Positions 27,518 through 38,038 of a DNA stretch of 64,000 bases are shown here, piece after piece; positions within the stretch are counted from its first letter, which is position 1; every line of letters starts with the position of its first letter. Both the position numbers and the translations under genes were made by a program. Source of the DNA: Micrococcales bacterium (GTDB lineage: Bacteria; Actinomycetota; Actinomycetes; Actinomycetales; WQXJ01); NCBI GenBank assembly GCA_009784895.1, contig WQXJ01000001.1:12479-76478 (forward strand). Direction: 5' to 3'. The notes under the pieces are model-generated. The model searched no databases and was not told the DNA's origin. It saw only the letters and a program-made list of their open reading frames with translations.

Positions 27518-29638
27518 CTAGTCGATTTGACCCTCGACCTGGAGTCTGAGCTGGCCTGGTCGGCTTTGGCGCATCTGTCCTAGGCGTTTGTAACTGAGAT
27601 CGATCACCTCCCCGGCGGCTTCAATGGGCGCCAACAGAACCAATCGACCCGGCCGGGCAGCACCCGGTTCCAAAATGCGGACCGAGGCGGGCAGATCCAA
27701 ACCCAACTGGAACGTGGCTAGGGCTGGTTCCGGCCCGGTCACGACCACCGCTTTGGTCGCTGGCGGCAAGCCAAGCTGCTGGCGTTCGCTCAGCTCGCGG
27801 GCGGCGAAGCCGCTGGGATCCCAGCGCACCAGCGCCCCGGCCGGTCCTGGTGCAGGCCAACCCAATAGCAGCACTCGACCGCCTTGGCTGGCTGGACGCA
27901 CCAGGCTGGCCGCCCTGGTCCAGTGCCGCAGGGCCGTGGTGGTGGCATCGAGTTGTGGCCGGCCGGTCAGGGCACCGCCGTCGAGCAGGGCAGCGGCGGC
28001 ATAACCTGAGGCGACCACTGGTTCAGATCCCGGCGTCGCCACGACCAGGGCCGGGGAATCGCTGAGGCTGTCAATCACTCCGCCTGGGGCCTCGGCCGCC
28101 GAAAAGACCAGTGGCACTGCGCCAAAAGCCCGGCCCAGTTCCTGGGCTGTGCGAGCAGCGCCAACTGTCAGATGATGCCAGCTTGAGCCACCGCATTGGC
28201 GACAAAGCAGGCTGGGGGCCGGTGAGGCACAGTTGCGGCACCAGGCTGCTTGATCTGCACCCTCAAAGCTGAGCGGGCCTTGGCAGCTTGGGCAGCGAGC
28301 CACTTGGCGGCATTTGGCGCAGGCCAGCGCCGTAACATAACCCGCTCTTGGCACCTGGACCAGAACCGGTCCATTTGGCAGGGCCTGGCGCAGCAGACTG
28401 AAGGCCACGCCCGGCAACCTGGTGGCGCCGCTGGGCCCCTCGGCCTCGAGCCGGTCTTGGCCGGGCACCTCTACCCGGGCGCTGGCCTGGCGCACCAGCT
28501 CTCTGGGGGCGGCCACGTCAACCAACCAGCCGCTGTCAACCCAGGCTTGGATTTCGACCGAACGACTGGTCGAAGCGTAAATCAACGAGCAGGCCGACTC
28601 GCTGGCCGCCAGGGCAGCGATCTGCCTGACATGGGGATAGGGGGCATGCGGCTCAACCATGGCCGGATCATCTGGCTCGACCACCACAATCAACCCGGGC
28701 CGGGCCATCGGCTGGTAAACCGCTGCCCGCGTGCCAACACCAACTACGGCTTGACCGCGCCGCATCTGGTCGTAGCCGGTCATCCTGGCGGCCGGGCCAT
28801 CGCTGGCTACCAGTCGTGCCACCGGGCCCAGCTCGAAGGCTGCTATGGCCTTGTGCAGACGGCTGGCCTGGCGCTCATTTGGGCAGATCACCAGGGACTG
28901 CCGGCCACCGGCGGCCACCGAGGCGACCGCGGCCACCACCCCGGCCGGCAAGCCGGCGCTGAGGCTCGCCGGGGCGGCCTGGCCCGGTCCACCCGACGCC
29001 GGGGCAAGGTCCACCCAAGGTAGAGCCAGCCAGGCCACTTTGACGGCGCTGCCGCTGGCCAGATGGCGTAGCAAGCTGGCTCCGCCGGTATATGGCGACC
29101 ACGGGGTCTGAAGCTCAGGCCGGGCAGCTATGGCCTCGACGGCCGCTGGGTTAGTTGGGCCACCTGTTGTCGCCGGCTGATTGGTTGACGCCAGGGATGT
29201 CTCGGTGGCCAGGTGGAGCGGTGGAATCGCCAGGCGCAAGACACTGGCCCTGGTGCCGGCATATCGCCGGGCCACCTGACCAACTAGACGCCACAGCCCT
29301 TTGGTCAAAACCGGTAGCGGGCTGACCACCCGTTCCAGTGGCGCCAAAGCGGCTTTGTGGTCACTTATGGCCACCCGCTCCACCAGGTAACCCTTGACCC
29401 GGCGCCCGGCGAAGCGCACACTCACCCGCACCCCCACTTGGGCTTGATCAGACAGCTTGGCCGGCACGGCATAGTCAAAGAGCCGGTCCAGATGGGCCGG
29501 TTCCAGGTCAAGTGCCAGGCGGGCCACCGGCAGCTTGGAGGCCAGCTGTGGGGCTGGTTTGGGCCGGCGGGCAGGGCGGGGTTTGGGCGTTAGCCCGGGA
29601 AAGGAACCCTGCTCACCATGGCTGGCCGTCATGGTCAT
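27518..29638 (-). CDS. priA: primosomal protein N' (actinobacterial PriA)
   Basis: N-terminal VGVRVSVRFAGRRVKGYL and cysteine cluster CAKCRQVARCPSCQGPLS..CRNCAS..CRQCGG. Confidence 0.85.
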   Translation of the reverse strand: MTMTASHGEQGSFPGLTPKPRPARRPKPAPQLASKLPVARLALDLEPAHLDRLFDYAVPAKLSDQAQVGVRVSVRFAGRRVKGYLVERVAISDHKAALAPLERVVSPLPVLTKGLWRLVGQVARRYAGTRASVLRLAIPPLHLATETSLASTNQPATTGGPTNPAAVEAIAARPELQTPWSPYTGGASLLRHLASGSAVKVAWLALPWVDLAPASGGPGQAAPASLSAGLPAGVVAAVASVAAGGRQSLVICPNERQASRLHKAIAAFELGPVARLVASDGPAARMTGYDQMRRGQAVVGVGTRAAVYQPMARPGLIVVVEPDDPAMVEPHAPYPHVRQIAALAASESACSLIYASTSRSVEIQAWVDSGWLVDVAAPRELVRQASARVEVPGQDRLEAEGPSGATRLPGVAFSLLRQALPNGPVLVQVPRAGYVTALACAKCRQVARCPSCQGPLSFEGADQAAWCRNCASPAPSLLCRQCGGSSWHHLTVGAARTAQELGRAFGAVPLVFSAAEAPGGVIDSLSDSPALVVATPGSEPVVASGYAAAALLDGGALTGRPQLDATTTALRHWTRAASLVRPASQGGRVLLLGWPAPGPAGALVRWDPSGFAARELSERQQLGLPPATKAVVVTGPEPALATFQLGLDLPASVRILEPGAARPGRLVLLAPIEAAGEVIDLSYKRLGQMRQSRPGQLRLQVEGQID

Positions 29639-29680
29639 ATTTCATCACTAAGCACGGACAAGCCGCCCTGACCGGCCCGG

Positions 29681-30361
29681 TCATTGCCAGGTGTCGACCG
29701 ATAGGCCACCGTGGATGGCCCGCAACTGCTCGACCCCAAGCTCCTTCAGTGATCCGACACGTGAGAGCCCTGCTTGCAGATCTACTACCACCAGTCCGCG
29801 CGCCACCACAGTGGCCATACCGGCGGCCAAGGCGCTGGTGACGCCGGTTGGCGAGTCCTCGATAACCAGACATTCAGCCGGCTCTAAACCCAAGGCGCGG
29901 GCCGCTGCCAGGTAGGGTTCGGCATCGGGCTTGCCGCGCAAGACCTCATCGCCGCAGACCACTGCGTCAAAGCCGCCTGGCACCATTTCCTCCACCAGGT
30001 TGGCGAACCGCCGGTAAGACATAGTCACTAGAGCCTGGGCCAACCCGGCGGCCCGGCAGCCGGCTACAAGCTTGAGTGATCCAGGCGTGAACGGCCGGGT
30101 CTGCCGGACGTTTTCGATGACCTGGTCGAGCAACCCTTCAATGATTTGCTCACCGGGCAAATCGACGCCTTTAGCCCGCAGGGCAATGGCGGTATCGGGT
30201 AGGTGGGAGCCAACCAGAGGGGCGTGGTCAGCTGCCGTCCAGCGGCCACCAAAGGATTCGATCATGGCGCTCTGCGCTTCGAACCAGGCCGGCTCGGTGT
30301 CAAGCAGGGTGCCGTCTAGATCCCACAAGACGGCCTTCAGGCCAGGGTTTTCACTGCCCAC
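29681..30361 (-). CDS. HAD-IA family hydrolase (beta-phosphoglucomutase-like)
   Basis: VLWDLDGTLLDTEP and IEDSPTGV. Confidence 0.8.
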   Translation of the reverse strand: MGSENPGLKAVLWDLDGTLLDTEPAWFEAQSAMIESFGGRWTAADHAPLVGSHLPDTAIALRAKGVDLPGEQIIEGLLDQVIENVRQTRPFTPGSLKLVAGCRAAGLAQALVTMSYRRFANLVEEMVPGGFDAVVCGDEVLRGKPDAEPYLAAARALGLEPAECLVIEDSPTGVTSALAAGMATVVARGLVVVDLQAGLSRVGSLKELGVEQLRAIHGGLSVDTWQ

Positions 30362-33300
30362 CTAAGCCTCCTTCGTTGGCCTGACAGAAAAGTAGCTGGC
30401 TTCTCGGTGGTGTACCACCATGGCTTCGGTAGCATGTGCCGGGTCGAGCTGATAACCGCAGGTCAACTTGAGGCCAATGCGCGACACGCCGAGGATCTGG
30501 CACAGCAGTAAGCGTCCGGAAACGTCAGGACAAGCCGGGTAACCCAACGAGTAGCGGGCGCCTTGGTTCTCTTCCAGGCCAAGTTCGAGGCGAATTCGGT
30601 CGTGCCAGTAGGCGGCCAGCGCTTCGGTTAGCTCGGCCGCCAGACCGTTTAGTTCGGCGTAGTCGCGGTAGCGTCCCTTTGCCCGCCAGTCTTGGCCAAG
30701 CTTGGTGAAACCCGCCCCGACCGTGACGGCTTGCAGAGCTAGGACATCAAGCCGGTCGCGGGCGAAGTAGTCGGTCAGGCAAAGATGCCGGCGGTTGGCC
30801 TGTCGGGGAAAGGTCAAACGGCCAAGTTCGCTGTCGTGATCGGTCGGTTCAAACAGAATCAGCGTCTCGGCTTCGGCCCGCACCGGGAAGTAGCCATGGA
30901 TGACCCCGGCCTGGGCCACGGCCTTGGCTCTGACCTCATCTATCAGCGCCCGGTAGCGCGGCCAGCCTTCGGTTTCGATCAGCTCTTCAACGCTGCGTTC
31001 TCCGGCACCGGCTTTTAGCCCCCATTGGCGAACAAACAGCGACCTGGGGTCAATCCGGTCGACGTAGGCGGCCAAAGCGATGCCTTTGGTCACCTTGGTT
31101 CCCCAGAACGGCGGCGTTGGCACCGCGGCCGGGCCCACTCTCCCGCCCTTGCCGCCTAAGGGAGCTTTGGCAGACTCAGCAGACTCGTCAGTCCCCGCCG
31201 CCACCTCGTCGCGAGTTAGAGGTTTGGCATGACGGGGCTGCCCAGCCACCGTCTGCCCGCCAGAGGCAGCTTTGGCAGGCTCAGCAGACCCGTCAGTCCC
31301 CGCCGCCACACGGCCGGCGAACTGGTTGAAGTAGTCAAGGGTGGTGAAGGCATCTTTGGCGTAGTAGACCTCACCCTCGAACACCTGCCTAAGCTCGGTC
31401 TCGACGAAGGATCGGGTCAGGGCAGCCCCGCCCAAAACTACCGGCCACCGCCCAGCTACCCCGCGCAGGTTCATTTCTTCAAGATTGGCTTTCATCACCT
31501 GAGTCGACTTGACCAGCAGGCCGGACAGGCCAATCGCCAATGCGCCGGATTCTTCCGCCGCGGCCAGGATCCGCCCAATTGGCTGTTTGACCCCCAGGTT
31601 GACCACTTTGAAGCCGTTGTTGGAGACGATTATGTCGACCAAGTTCTTGCCAATGTCGTGGACATCACCGGCTACTGTCGCTAGCACCACCGTGCCTTTC
31701 GAGCCCACTGACGAAGCCTCGATTCGACCCTCCAAATAGGCCACGGCCTGCTTCATCACCTCGGCGCTGCGCAAGACAAACGGCAATTGCATCCGGCCCT
31801 CGCCAAATAGCACTCCGACCTGGGCCATGGCTCCAAGCAACAGCTCGTTGATCAAGTCCAGCGGCGCCTGACCGGCCGCCAGAGCCTCAGCCAGATCCGC
31901 TTCCAGCCCGTCGGCAGCGCCATCAATAATGCGTTGGGCGATGCGCTCGGCCAAGGGCAAGGTTTCCAGGACCGGTCCGCTTGGGCTTAGGTCCAAATCT
32001 TGACAGCGCTCGAGCAGCTCGAGCAGCGGGTCATAGCCAGGCCGGCGCCGGTCGTAGAGCAGGTCAAGGGCCAGCTCAACCAGCTCCGGCTCCAGGCGGG
32101 CCAGCGGTTTGATACCGCCGGGCCTAACTATGGCCGCATCCAGGCCGGCTTTGACCGCCTGGTCCAAGAAGACGGAGTTGAGTACCACTCGGGCTTGAGG
32201 TGACAGACCAAAGGAAACATTCGATACGCCCAACATCAAACCCACCTTGGGACTGGCCGCCCTGATGGCTTTGACGGCCTCAAGCGTGGCCAGGCCATCG
32301 CGACGCGTTTCGTCCTGGCCGGTGCCAATCGGAAAGGTCAAAGGGTCGATCAAAATATCGCTCGGGGCCAGCCCATACTCGCCGGAGAGTTGGTCGACCA
32401 GCCGTTGGGCCACAGCCAGTTTGCGCTCAGCGGTACGGGCTTGGCCTTGTTCGTCAATAGCCAGTCCAACCACAGCCGCACCATGCGCCTTGACCAAAGC
32501 CATGGTTTGCCTAAAGCGGGAGTCAGCCCCGTCACCAGATTCGTAGTTGACCGAGTTGACCACGGCCCGCCCGCCGTAGTTGTCTAAGGCGGCTTTGACC
32601 ACGGCCGGTTCGGTCGTATCAATCATCAGCGGCAGCGTCGAGGTCGTGGCCAAGGCCCTGACCAGCCTGGCCATATCGGCTGGGCCGTCGCGGCCAACAT
32701 AGTCGACCGACAGGTCGAGGATATGCGCCCCGGCCACGGCCTGGTCCCGGGCAATCGCCAGGCAGGTGTCAGTGTCCCCGGCCACCATGGCTTGGCGGAA
32801 GCGTTTCGACCCATTGGCGTTGGTCCGCTCCCCTACCACCAGGTAGCTGGTGTCCTGTTTCAGGTCGACTGCCTGGAACAGGGACGAAATCCGGCCAGCC
32901 GGTTCGCGCTCGGTCACCAGGCGGCCGGCAGTAGGCCAAACCTCCCTCTCGGCAGAAAGGTGGGGGCTGGGACTGGCGCGGCCGATGCCGCTGGCCCTAG
33001 ACGGGCCGGCACCGTCGCCCCCAGCTGGGCGCCTGGCCCGTGCGGCCAAGCGTGTGACCACTGCCGCCAGATGCTCAGGCGTGGTACCACAACACCCGCC
33101 CACCATGGCCAGGCCAAATTGGTCAACGAACCGGTCAAGCCAGGTGGCTAACTGCTGAGGGGTCAAGTCATAGACGGCCTGACCGTCGGGTCCAATGACG
33201 GGCAGCCCGGCGTTGGGCATGGCACTAATCGGCAAGGCAGTGTTCTGCGCCAGGGTGCGCAGATGCTCAGACATTTCTTCCGGCCCGGTGGCGCAATTCA

Positions 33301-33940
33301 AACCAATCCCGTCAACGCCCAAGGCTTCGAGTGTGGTCAGGGCCGCCAGGGTCTCCGTGCCCATCAGCATGGTGCCAGTGGTCTCTATGGTGAGGTGAAC
33401 GGTCAGGTGGGCTCCGGGATCGGCCAGGCGGGCCCCCAAGACCGCCGCCTTGGCCTGCAAAGGATCTTGGCAAGTCTCAATCAGTAGCCGGTCGGCGCCG
33501 CCCCCAAGTAGGCCGGCGGCCTGAAGGGCATACCCGTCACGCATTTCGGCGAAGGAGACGTGGCCCAGCGAAGGCAGCTTCGAGCCGGGCCCCATCGAGC
33601 CGAGCACCAAGGCGGCGCTGGAAGGCGAAGCGGCCTGGTCAACCGCCTGACGGGCCAGCTGGGCGGCCAGGCGATTGAGCTGGTCAGTTTGGCCGGCCAA
33701 GCCATGCTCGGCCAGGGTTAGCGGATGGGCCCCGAAAGAGTTGGTCGTCACCGCGTCAACGCCGACCGCCAAATAGGCCCGGTGGATCGACTGGACCAGA
33801 TCTGGCCGGGATAAGTTGATCACTTCCAAGCAGCCGTCGGTGCCGCGGTAGTCGGCCGCGGTCAAGCCGGCCTGTTGCAGCATGGTGCCTAAGGCGCCGT
33901 CGGCAACAAGGACTGGAGTGTCAGTTGGCACGAGGGTCAT
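30362..33940 (-). CDS. metH: cobalamin-dependent methionine synthase
   Basis: Hcy, pterin, B12 (GDVHDIGKN) and AdoMet-activation modules are all recognisable. Preferred ATG at 33940 (MTLVPTDTPVLVADGALGTML). The track start at 34018 overlaps the divergent gene. Confidence 0.95.
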   Translation of the reverse strand: MTLVPTDTPVLVADGALGTMLQQAGLTAADYRGTDGCLEVINLSRPDLVQSIHRAYLAVGVDAVTTNSFGAHPLTLAEHGLAGQTDQLNRLAAQLARQAVDQAASPSSAALVLGSMGPGSKLPSLGHVSFAEMRDGYALQAAGLLGGGADRLLIETCQDPLQAKAAVLGARLADPGAHLTVHLTIETTGTMLMGTETLAALTTLEALGVDGIGLNCATGPEEMSEHLRTLAQNTALPISAMPNAGLPVIGPDGQAVYDLTPQQLATWLDRFVDQFGLAMVGGCCGTTPEHLAAVVTRLAARARRPAGGDGAGPSRASGIGRASPSPHLSAEREVWPTAGRLVTEREPAGRISSLFQAVDLKQDTSYLVVGERTNANGSKRFRQAMVAGDTDTCLAIARDQAVAGAHILDLSVDYVGRDGPADMARLVRALATTSTLPLMIDTTEPAVVKAALDNYGGRAVVNSVNYESGDGADSRFRQTMALVKAHGAAVVGLAIDEQGQARTAERKLAVAQRLVDQLSGEYGLAPSDILIDPLTFPIGTGQDETRRDGLATLEAVKAIRAASPKVGLMLGVSNVSFGLSPQARVVLNSVFLDQAVKAGLDAAIVRPGGIKPLARLEPELVELALDLLYDRRRPGYDPLLELLERCQDLDLSPSGPVLETLPLAERIAQRIIDGAADGLEADLAEALAAGQAPLDLINELLLGAMAQVGVLFGEGRMQLPFVLRSAEVMKQAVAYLEGRIEASSVGSKGTVVLATVAGDVHDIGKNLVDIIVSNNGFKVVNLGVKQPIGRILAAAEESGALAIGLSGLLVKSTQVMKANLEEMNLRGVAGRWPVVLGGAALTRSFVETELRQVFEGEVYYAKDAFTTLDYFNQFAGRVAAGTDGSAEPAKAASGGQTVAGQPRHAKPLTRDEVAAGTDESAESAKAPLGGKGGRVGPAAVPTPPFWGTKVTKGIALAAYVDRIDPRSLFVRQWGLKAGAGERSVEELIETEGWPRYRALIDEVRAKAVAQAGVIHGYFPVRAEAETLILFEPTDHDSELGRLTFPRQANRRHLCLTDYFARDRLDVLALQAVTVGAGFTKLGQDWRAKGRYRDYAELNGLAAELTEALAAYWHDRIRLELGLEENQGARYSLGYPACPDVSGRLLLCQILGVSRIGLKLTCGYQLDPAHATEAMVVHHREASYFSVRPTKEA
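31163..31309. repeat. two 42-bp direct repeats, 105 bp apart, inside the metH linker
   Basis: 31163-31204 and 31268-31309 differ at 2 of 42 positions. They encode VAAGTD(E/G)SAE(S/P)AKA. Confidence 0.8.
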
Positions 33941-33993
33941 TGTAGAGATGACCGGGTGATGTGGATCACCACTTTCATCGGTAGTGTGGGGCC

Positions 33994-34833
33994 GTGGGCA
34001 AATCACGCCGTCAGTCAAAACTGACTATCGCCGTGGCCGCCTTCGCTGGCTGGAACGATGCCGGTGGGGCGGCTACCGATGCGATCACAATGATGGCCGA
34101 GCAGCGAGAAGCCATCAGATTTGGGCTGATTGACCCTGAGGAGTACTGCGACTTTCAGGTCAGCCGGCCGGTGGCCCGTTTCAACGCCGATGGCCTGAGG
34201 GAACTGCGCTGGCCCACCACTGATCTGCTTGAAAGCACTCTCGATGAGCAGAACATGATTTTCATCTGCGGAGTTGAGCCATCCTTCAGGTGGCATGAGT
34301 TTTGCCAGGAAATCCTTGATGTGCTGGTAGAACGCGATGTAGACCAGCTCTTCACCTTGGGCGCACTACTGGCCGATGTCCCCCACACCCGCCCGGTACC
34401 AGTCCAGGCCACTTCATTCAGCACCGCCCTGCGCGACCAGTTGAAATTGGAGGAGTCAAGCTATGAAGGCCCGGCCGGAATCCTGACAGCCTTGGAACTG
34501 GCCGCCTGGTCCGAGCTATCCCTGCCAACGGTGGCCCTGTGGGCGGCCGTGCCGCACTACGTTGGCGGTGCGCCCTCCCCCAAAGCCCAGTTGGCAATGG
34601 TCAAAGAGGTGGCCCGCCTGACCGGTGATAGTTACTTCACAACCGAGCTCGAAGCCGCGGCCGAGGCCTGGCAGAAGGACGTTGACCAGCTGGCGGCCGA
34701 GGAAGACGAGATTGCCCAATACGTCGCCAAGCTGGAGGAGGCCAAGGACACTCTCGACTCGCCGGACGCCTCCGGCGAAGCCATGGCTAAGGAGTTTGAG
34801 CGTTACCTGCGCCGGCACCAGAAGGACATTTAG
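33994..34833 (+). CDS. PAC2 family protein
   Basis: IAVAAFAGWNDAGGAATDA signature. Lies divergent from metH, as in mycobacteria. Confidence 0.7.
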   Translation: MGKSRRQSKLTIAVAAFAGWNDAGGAATDAITMMAEQREAIRFGLIDPEEYCDFQVSRPVARFNADGLRELRWPTTDLLESTLDEQNMIFICGVEPSFRWHEFCQEILDVLVERDVDQLFTLGALLADVPHTRPVPVQATSFSTALRDQLKLEESSYEGPAGILTALELAAWSELSLPTVALWAAVPHYVGGAPSPKAQLAMVKEVARLTGDSYFTTELEAAAEAWQKDVDQLAAEEDEIAQYVAKLEEAKDTLDSPDASGEAMAKEFERYLRRHQKDI

Positions 34834-34892
34834 CCTCTGCCCGATGCCGGCCCGCGCCTGGTGCGGCCATCTGGCTTTTGGTGGCCTGGCGG

Positions 34893-36155
34893 CTAGTAGA
34901 GCTGGATGCCAAGTAGCGCGTCGACGGCGCGGCGCAGGTCAGCGCCGGCATAGGGGTAGCGTTGGGCAGCGTTTGGAGCCGTCGCCACCCACGAATCGAT
35001 GGCGGCGATAGCGCCTGGGGTATCGAGGTCGTTGGCTAAGGCCGCGCGAATCTCGGCGATAGCGCTGGCCGAGGCGCCTTGTTCACGCCCAGACAAAATG
35101 ACTTCGCGCCAACGGGCCAACCGGGCCTCGGCTTGAACCAATTCGTGGCCGGTCCACTCCCAGTCGTCCCGGTAGTGATGGGCCAGTAGAGCCAGGCGGA
35201 TAGCCGCTGGGTTGATGCCCCGCGACAGCAACTCCCGCACAAAAACCAAATTGCCCAGAGACTTAGACATTTTGTGACCGCCATAGGCCACCATGCCCGT
35301 ATGCATAGTCAGGCGGACCGGCTGGTCAGACCCGGTGATGCCACGAACATGGGAGGTCGACATTTCGTGGTGCGGAAAGACCAAGTCGCTGCCGCCGCCT
35401 AGCACATCAACCGGGCAGCCCAATTCGCTCGTCGCGATAACCGAACAGGTGACATGCCAACCAGGCCGCCCTTTGCCCAAGGTACGCCCGTCCCAAACCG
35501 GCTCACCCAGCCGGGCGGCCCGCCAGAGCAGCGGATCGAGCCGGGCCCGTTTGCCCGGCCGGTCCGGGTCGCCGCCGCGTTCTTCAAAGAGGCGGTCCAT
35601 TGTGTGTTCCGGCAGTTGGGCCAGGGCGCCAAAGTCGGCATCAATCGACAAATCGGCGTAGACGTCTCCCAGGGCACCAGGACCGGCGCCCCAAACCGGG
35701 ACGCGGTAGGCCCAACCGCGGTCAAGTAGAGTCTCAACCGCCTGAATCATGGCTGGCATGGACTCAATCACACCGCGGTAGTAGTCCGGTGGGATGACCC
35801 GCAAGGCGGCCATGTCGCGGCGGTAGACGTTGGTTTGGCTGGTGGCGATCTTGTCCCACTCTTGGCCGGTCGACCTGGCCCTTTCCAGCAGTGGATTGTC
35901 AATGTCGGTCACACATTGGGCGTATTGGATGGTCAGGCCGGCGTCACGCCAGGCCCGGACCAGCAGATCGAAAGCCAAATAGGTCGCGGCATGACCCAGG
36001 TGGGTCGAGTCATAGGGTGTGATGCCGCAAACATAGAGCGAGGCTGTGTCTCCGATGGCCGAGGCTTCCAGGGCTCCGGTGACATCGTTGAGGATAAGCG
36101 GGATATCACCTGTGCCTGGAATGACGCTAACCGAAGGCCCAGTCCAAGCATGCAC
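34893..36155 (-). CDS. mshC: L-cysteine:1D-myo-inositol 2-amino-2-deoxy-alpha-D-glucopyranoside ligase (mycothiol synthesis)
   Basis: CGITPYDSTHLGHAATY, HKMSKSLGN and a CysRS-like fold without an anticodon-binding tail. Confidence 0.9.
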   Translation of the reverse strand: MHAWTGPSVSVIPGTGDIPLILNDVTGALEASAIGDTASLYVCGITPYDSTHLGHAATYLAFDLLVRAWRDAGLTIQYAQCVTDIDNPLLERARSTGQEWDKIATSQTNVYRRDMAALRVIPPDYYRGVIESMPAMIQAVETLLDRGWAYRVPVWGAGPGALGDVYADLSIDADFGALAQLPEHTMDRLFEERGGDPDRPGKRARLDPLLWRAARLGEPVWDGRTLGKGRPGWHVTCSVIATSELGCPVDVLGGGSDLVFPHHEMSTSHVRGITGSDQPVRLTMHTGMVAYGGHKMSKSLGNLVFVRELLSRGINPAAIRLALLAHHYRDDWEWTGHELVQAEARLARWREVILSGREQGASASAIAEIRAALANDLDTPGAIAAIDSWVATAPNAAQRYPYAGADLRRAVDALLGIQLY

Positions 36156-36165
36156 GCAGCTAAGC

Positions 36166-37026
36166 CTACTGGGCGGCGAGCACCCCTGCTGCCAGCAATA
36201 TCAACACTAGCGAGCCAATCGCCACCCGGTAGTAGACGAACGGTTTGAAAGAGAAGGTCGAGACTATCTTGAGGAAGGCGATGATGACGAAGTAGCCAAC
36301 CACGAATGACACAATCGTCGCCACCACGGTGCCACCCCAGCCGGGGAAGTTGGCGTCTGTTGGTTCGCCCAAAGACCGGACCAATTCGAGTAGGGCTGAG
36401 CCAAAGACAGCCGGCATGGCTAACAGAAACGAATAGCGGGCCGCGGCCGAGCGGCTGTAGCCCATAAACAGCCCGGCCGAGATTGTGCCGCCGGAACGCG
36501 AAACCCCAGGAATCAGGGCCAAGGACTGGGCCAGCCCAAAGATCAAGCCGTCTCGCCAGCCCAGTTGGCTCAGCTCCTTGCCCGGTCGGTGTCCAAGAAA
36601 ACTATCGGCCAGCCACAAGACCCCGGCGAAGCCCACTAGCATCGCTGCCACCAGCCATAAGGAGCGCAAATGGGTCTCAATTGAGTCTTTGAATAACCAG
36701 CCCAAGATGACTACAGGCAAGGTGCCGACAATTATTAGCCAGCCCATTCTGGCGTGATCATCAACCGGCCGGCCCTTGAACAGCACCACTGACCGGCCCC
36801 AAGACACGGCGATTTTCTTGACCTGCTGCCTGAAGTAGAGCAAAACCGCCGCTTCGGTACCAATTTGGATGATGGCGGTAAAGGCCGCACCTGGGTCGGC
36901 CCAGCCAAACAGCCCACTAAAGATCCGAATGTGGCCGGACGATGAGACAGGCAGGAACTCGGTTAGCCCTTGGATTAGGCCTAGAATCACCGCCTGCCAG
37001 GATTGCACCTGGCGAGTCTCCCACAC
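36166..37026 (-). CDS. uppP: undecaprenyl-diphosphate phosphatase
   Basis: ILGLIQGLTEFLPVSSSGH and PGVSRSGGT. Confidence 0.9.
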   Translation of the reverse strand: MWETRQVQSWQAVILGLIQGLTEFLPVSSSGHIRIFSGLFGWADPGAAFTAIIQIGTEAAVLLYFRQQVKKIAVSWGRSVVLFKGRPVDDHARMGWLIIVGTLPVVILGWLFKDSIETHLRSLWLVAAMLVGFAGVLWLADSFLGHRPGKELSQLGWRDGLIFGLAQSLALIPGVSRSGGTISAGLFMGYSRSAAARYSFLLAMPAVFGSALLELVRSLGEPTDANFPGWGGTVVATIVSFVVGYFVIIAFLKIVSTFSFKPFVYYRVAIGSLVLILLAAGVLAAQ

Positions 37027-37058
37027 CGGCTGGCCTTTTGCTTGTTAGCCTGACCGGC

Positions 37059-38009
37059 GTGGAGTATCGCAAACTCGGCCGCAGCGGCCTGAGGTTGTCC
37101 TCGATTGGTCTTGGCACCATGACCTGGGGCCGTGACACTGAGCAGATGGATGCGGCCGACCAATTGGCCGATTTCCTGGCCGAAGGCGGCAATCTGGTCG
37201 ACACGGCCACCTCCTATGGTGACGGCGCAGCTGAGAGGCTACTGGGTCAGCTGATGGCACCAGGTTCGGTGGCCAGCCGCCAGGACCTAGTCATATGCAC
37301 TAAGTCTGGTACTCGCCTGCGCGGTCAAAGCGCCATAGTTGACGCGTCACGTGGCAACTTACTGGACTGCCTTGACGCTTCACTGAGGCGGCTTGGCACT
37401 GACCACGTTGATCTTTGGCTGGTTCAGAGCCCAGACCCGCAGACCCCGCTGGATGAGACTCTCTCAGCCCTGGAATTTGCCGTGGCCTCGGGCCGGACCC
37501 GTTACGTTGGCCTGTCTAACCATCCGGCCTGGCAGCTGGCCGTGGCCGCGGCCAAACTCGAAGGCGGTATTGGCCTGGCGGCCAGCCAGAATGAATACTC
37601 CTTGTTGGCCCGCCAAATCGAAGCTGAACTGATGCCGGCCACCGGCGCACTCGGCATCGGCCTGCTGGCTTGGTCACCTTTGGGACGCGGGGTTCTAACC
37701 GGCAAGTACCGCCACTCGATCCCGGCTGATTCACGCGCCGCCTCGGCCCATTTGGCTGGTTTTGTCCAGCCCTACCTCAATTCTGCCGCCGCGGCGGTGG
37801 TCGATGCGGTAGTGGCAGCAGCCGAAGGGCTGGCTTTGGCGCCACTCGATGTGGCCTTGGCCTGGGTCCGCGGCCGGCCAGGAGTGGCTAGTGCCATTGT
37901 TGGGGCACGGACCGCTCCTCAACTAAGGGTGGCCCTCAAACAAGCGGATCTGGTCCTGCCGCAGGCCATCAATGAGGCTCTCAGCGAGGTCAGCGGGCCT
38001 GAAGCCTAG
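37059..38009 (+). CDS. aldo/keto reductase
   Basis: GTG at 37059 gives VEYRKLGRSGLRLSSIGLGTMTWG. The track start at 36942 overlaps uppP. Confidence 0.85.
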   Translation: MEYRKLGRSGLRLSSIGLGTMTWGRDTEQMDAADQLADFLAEGGNLVDTATSYGDGAAERLLGQLMAPGSVASRQDLVICTKSGTRLRGQSAIVDASRGNLLDCLDASLRRLGTDHVDLWLVQSPDPQTPLDETLSALEFAVASGRTRYVGLSNHPAWQLAVAAAKLEGGIGLAASQNEYSLLARQIEAELMPATGALGIGLLAWSPLGRGVLTGKYRHSIPADSRAASAHLAGFVQPYLNSAAAAVVDAVVAAAEGLALAPLDVALAWVRGRPGVASAIVGARTAPQLRVALKQADLVLPQAINEALSEVSGPEA

Positions 38010-38038
38010 GCCGCCCCCACCTAAGCCCGGCCAGTCAG

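Noticed and set aside
31117-31329. Plus-strand ORF with repeated QTRQSPPP peptide
   Set aside because: It is merely the antisense reading of the two 42-bp repeats inside metH.
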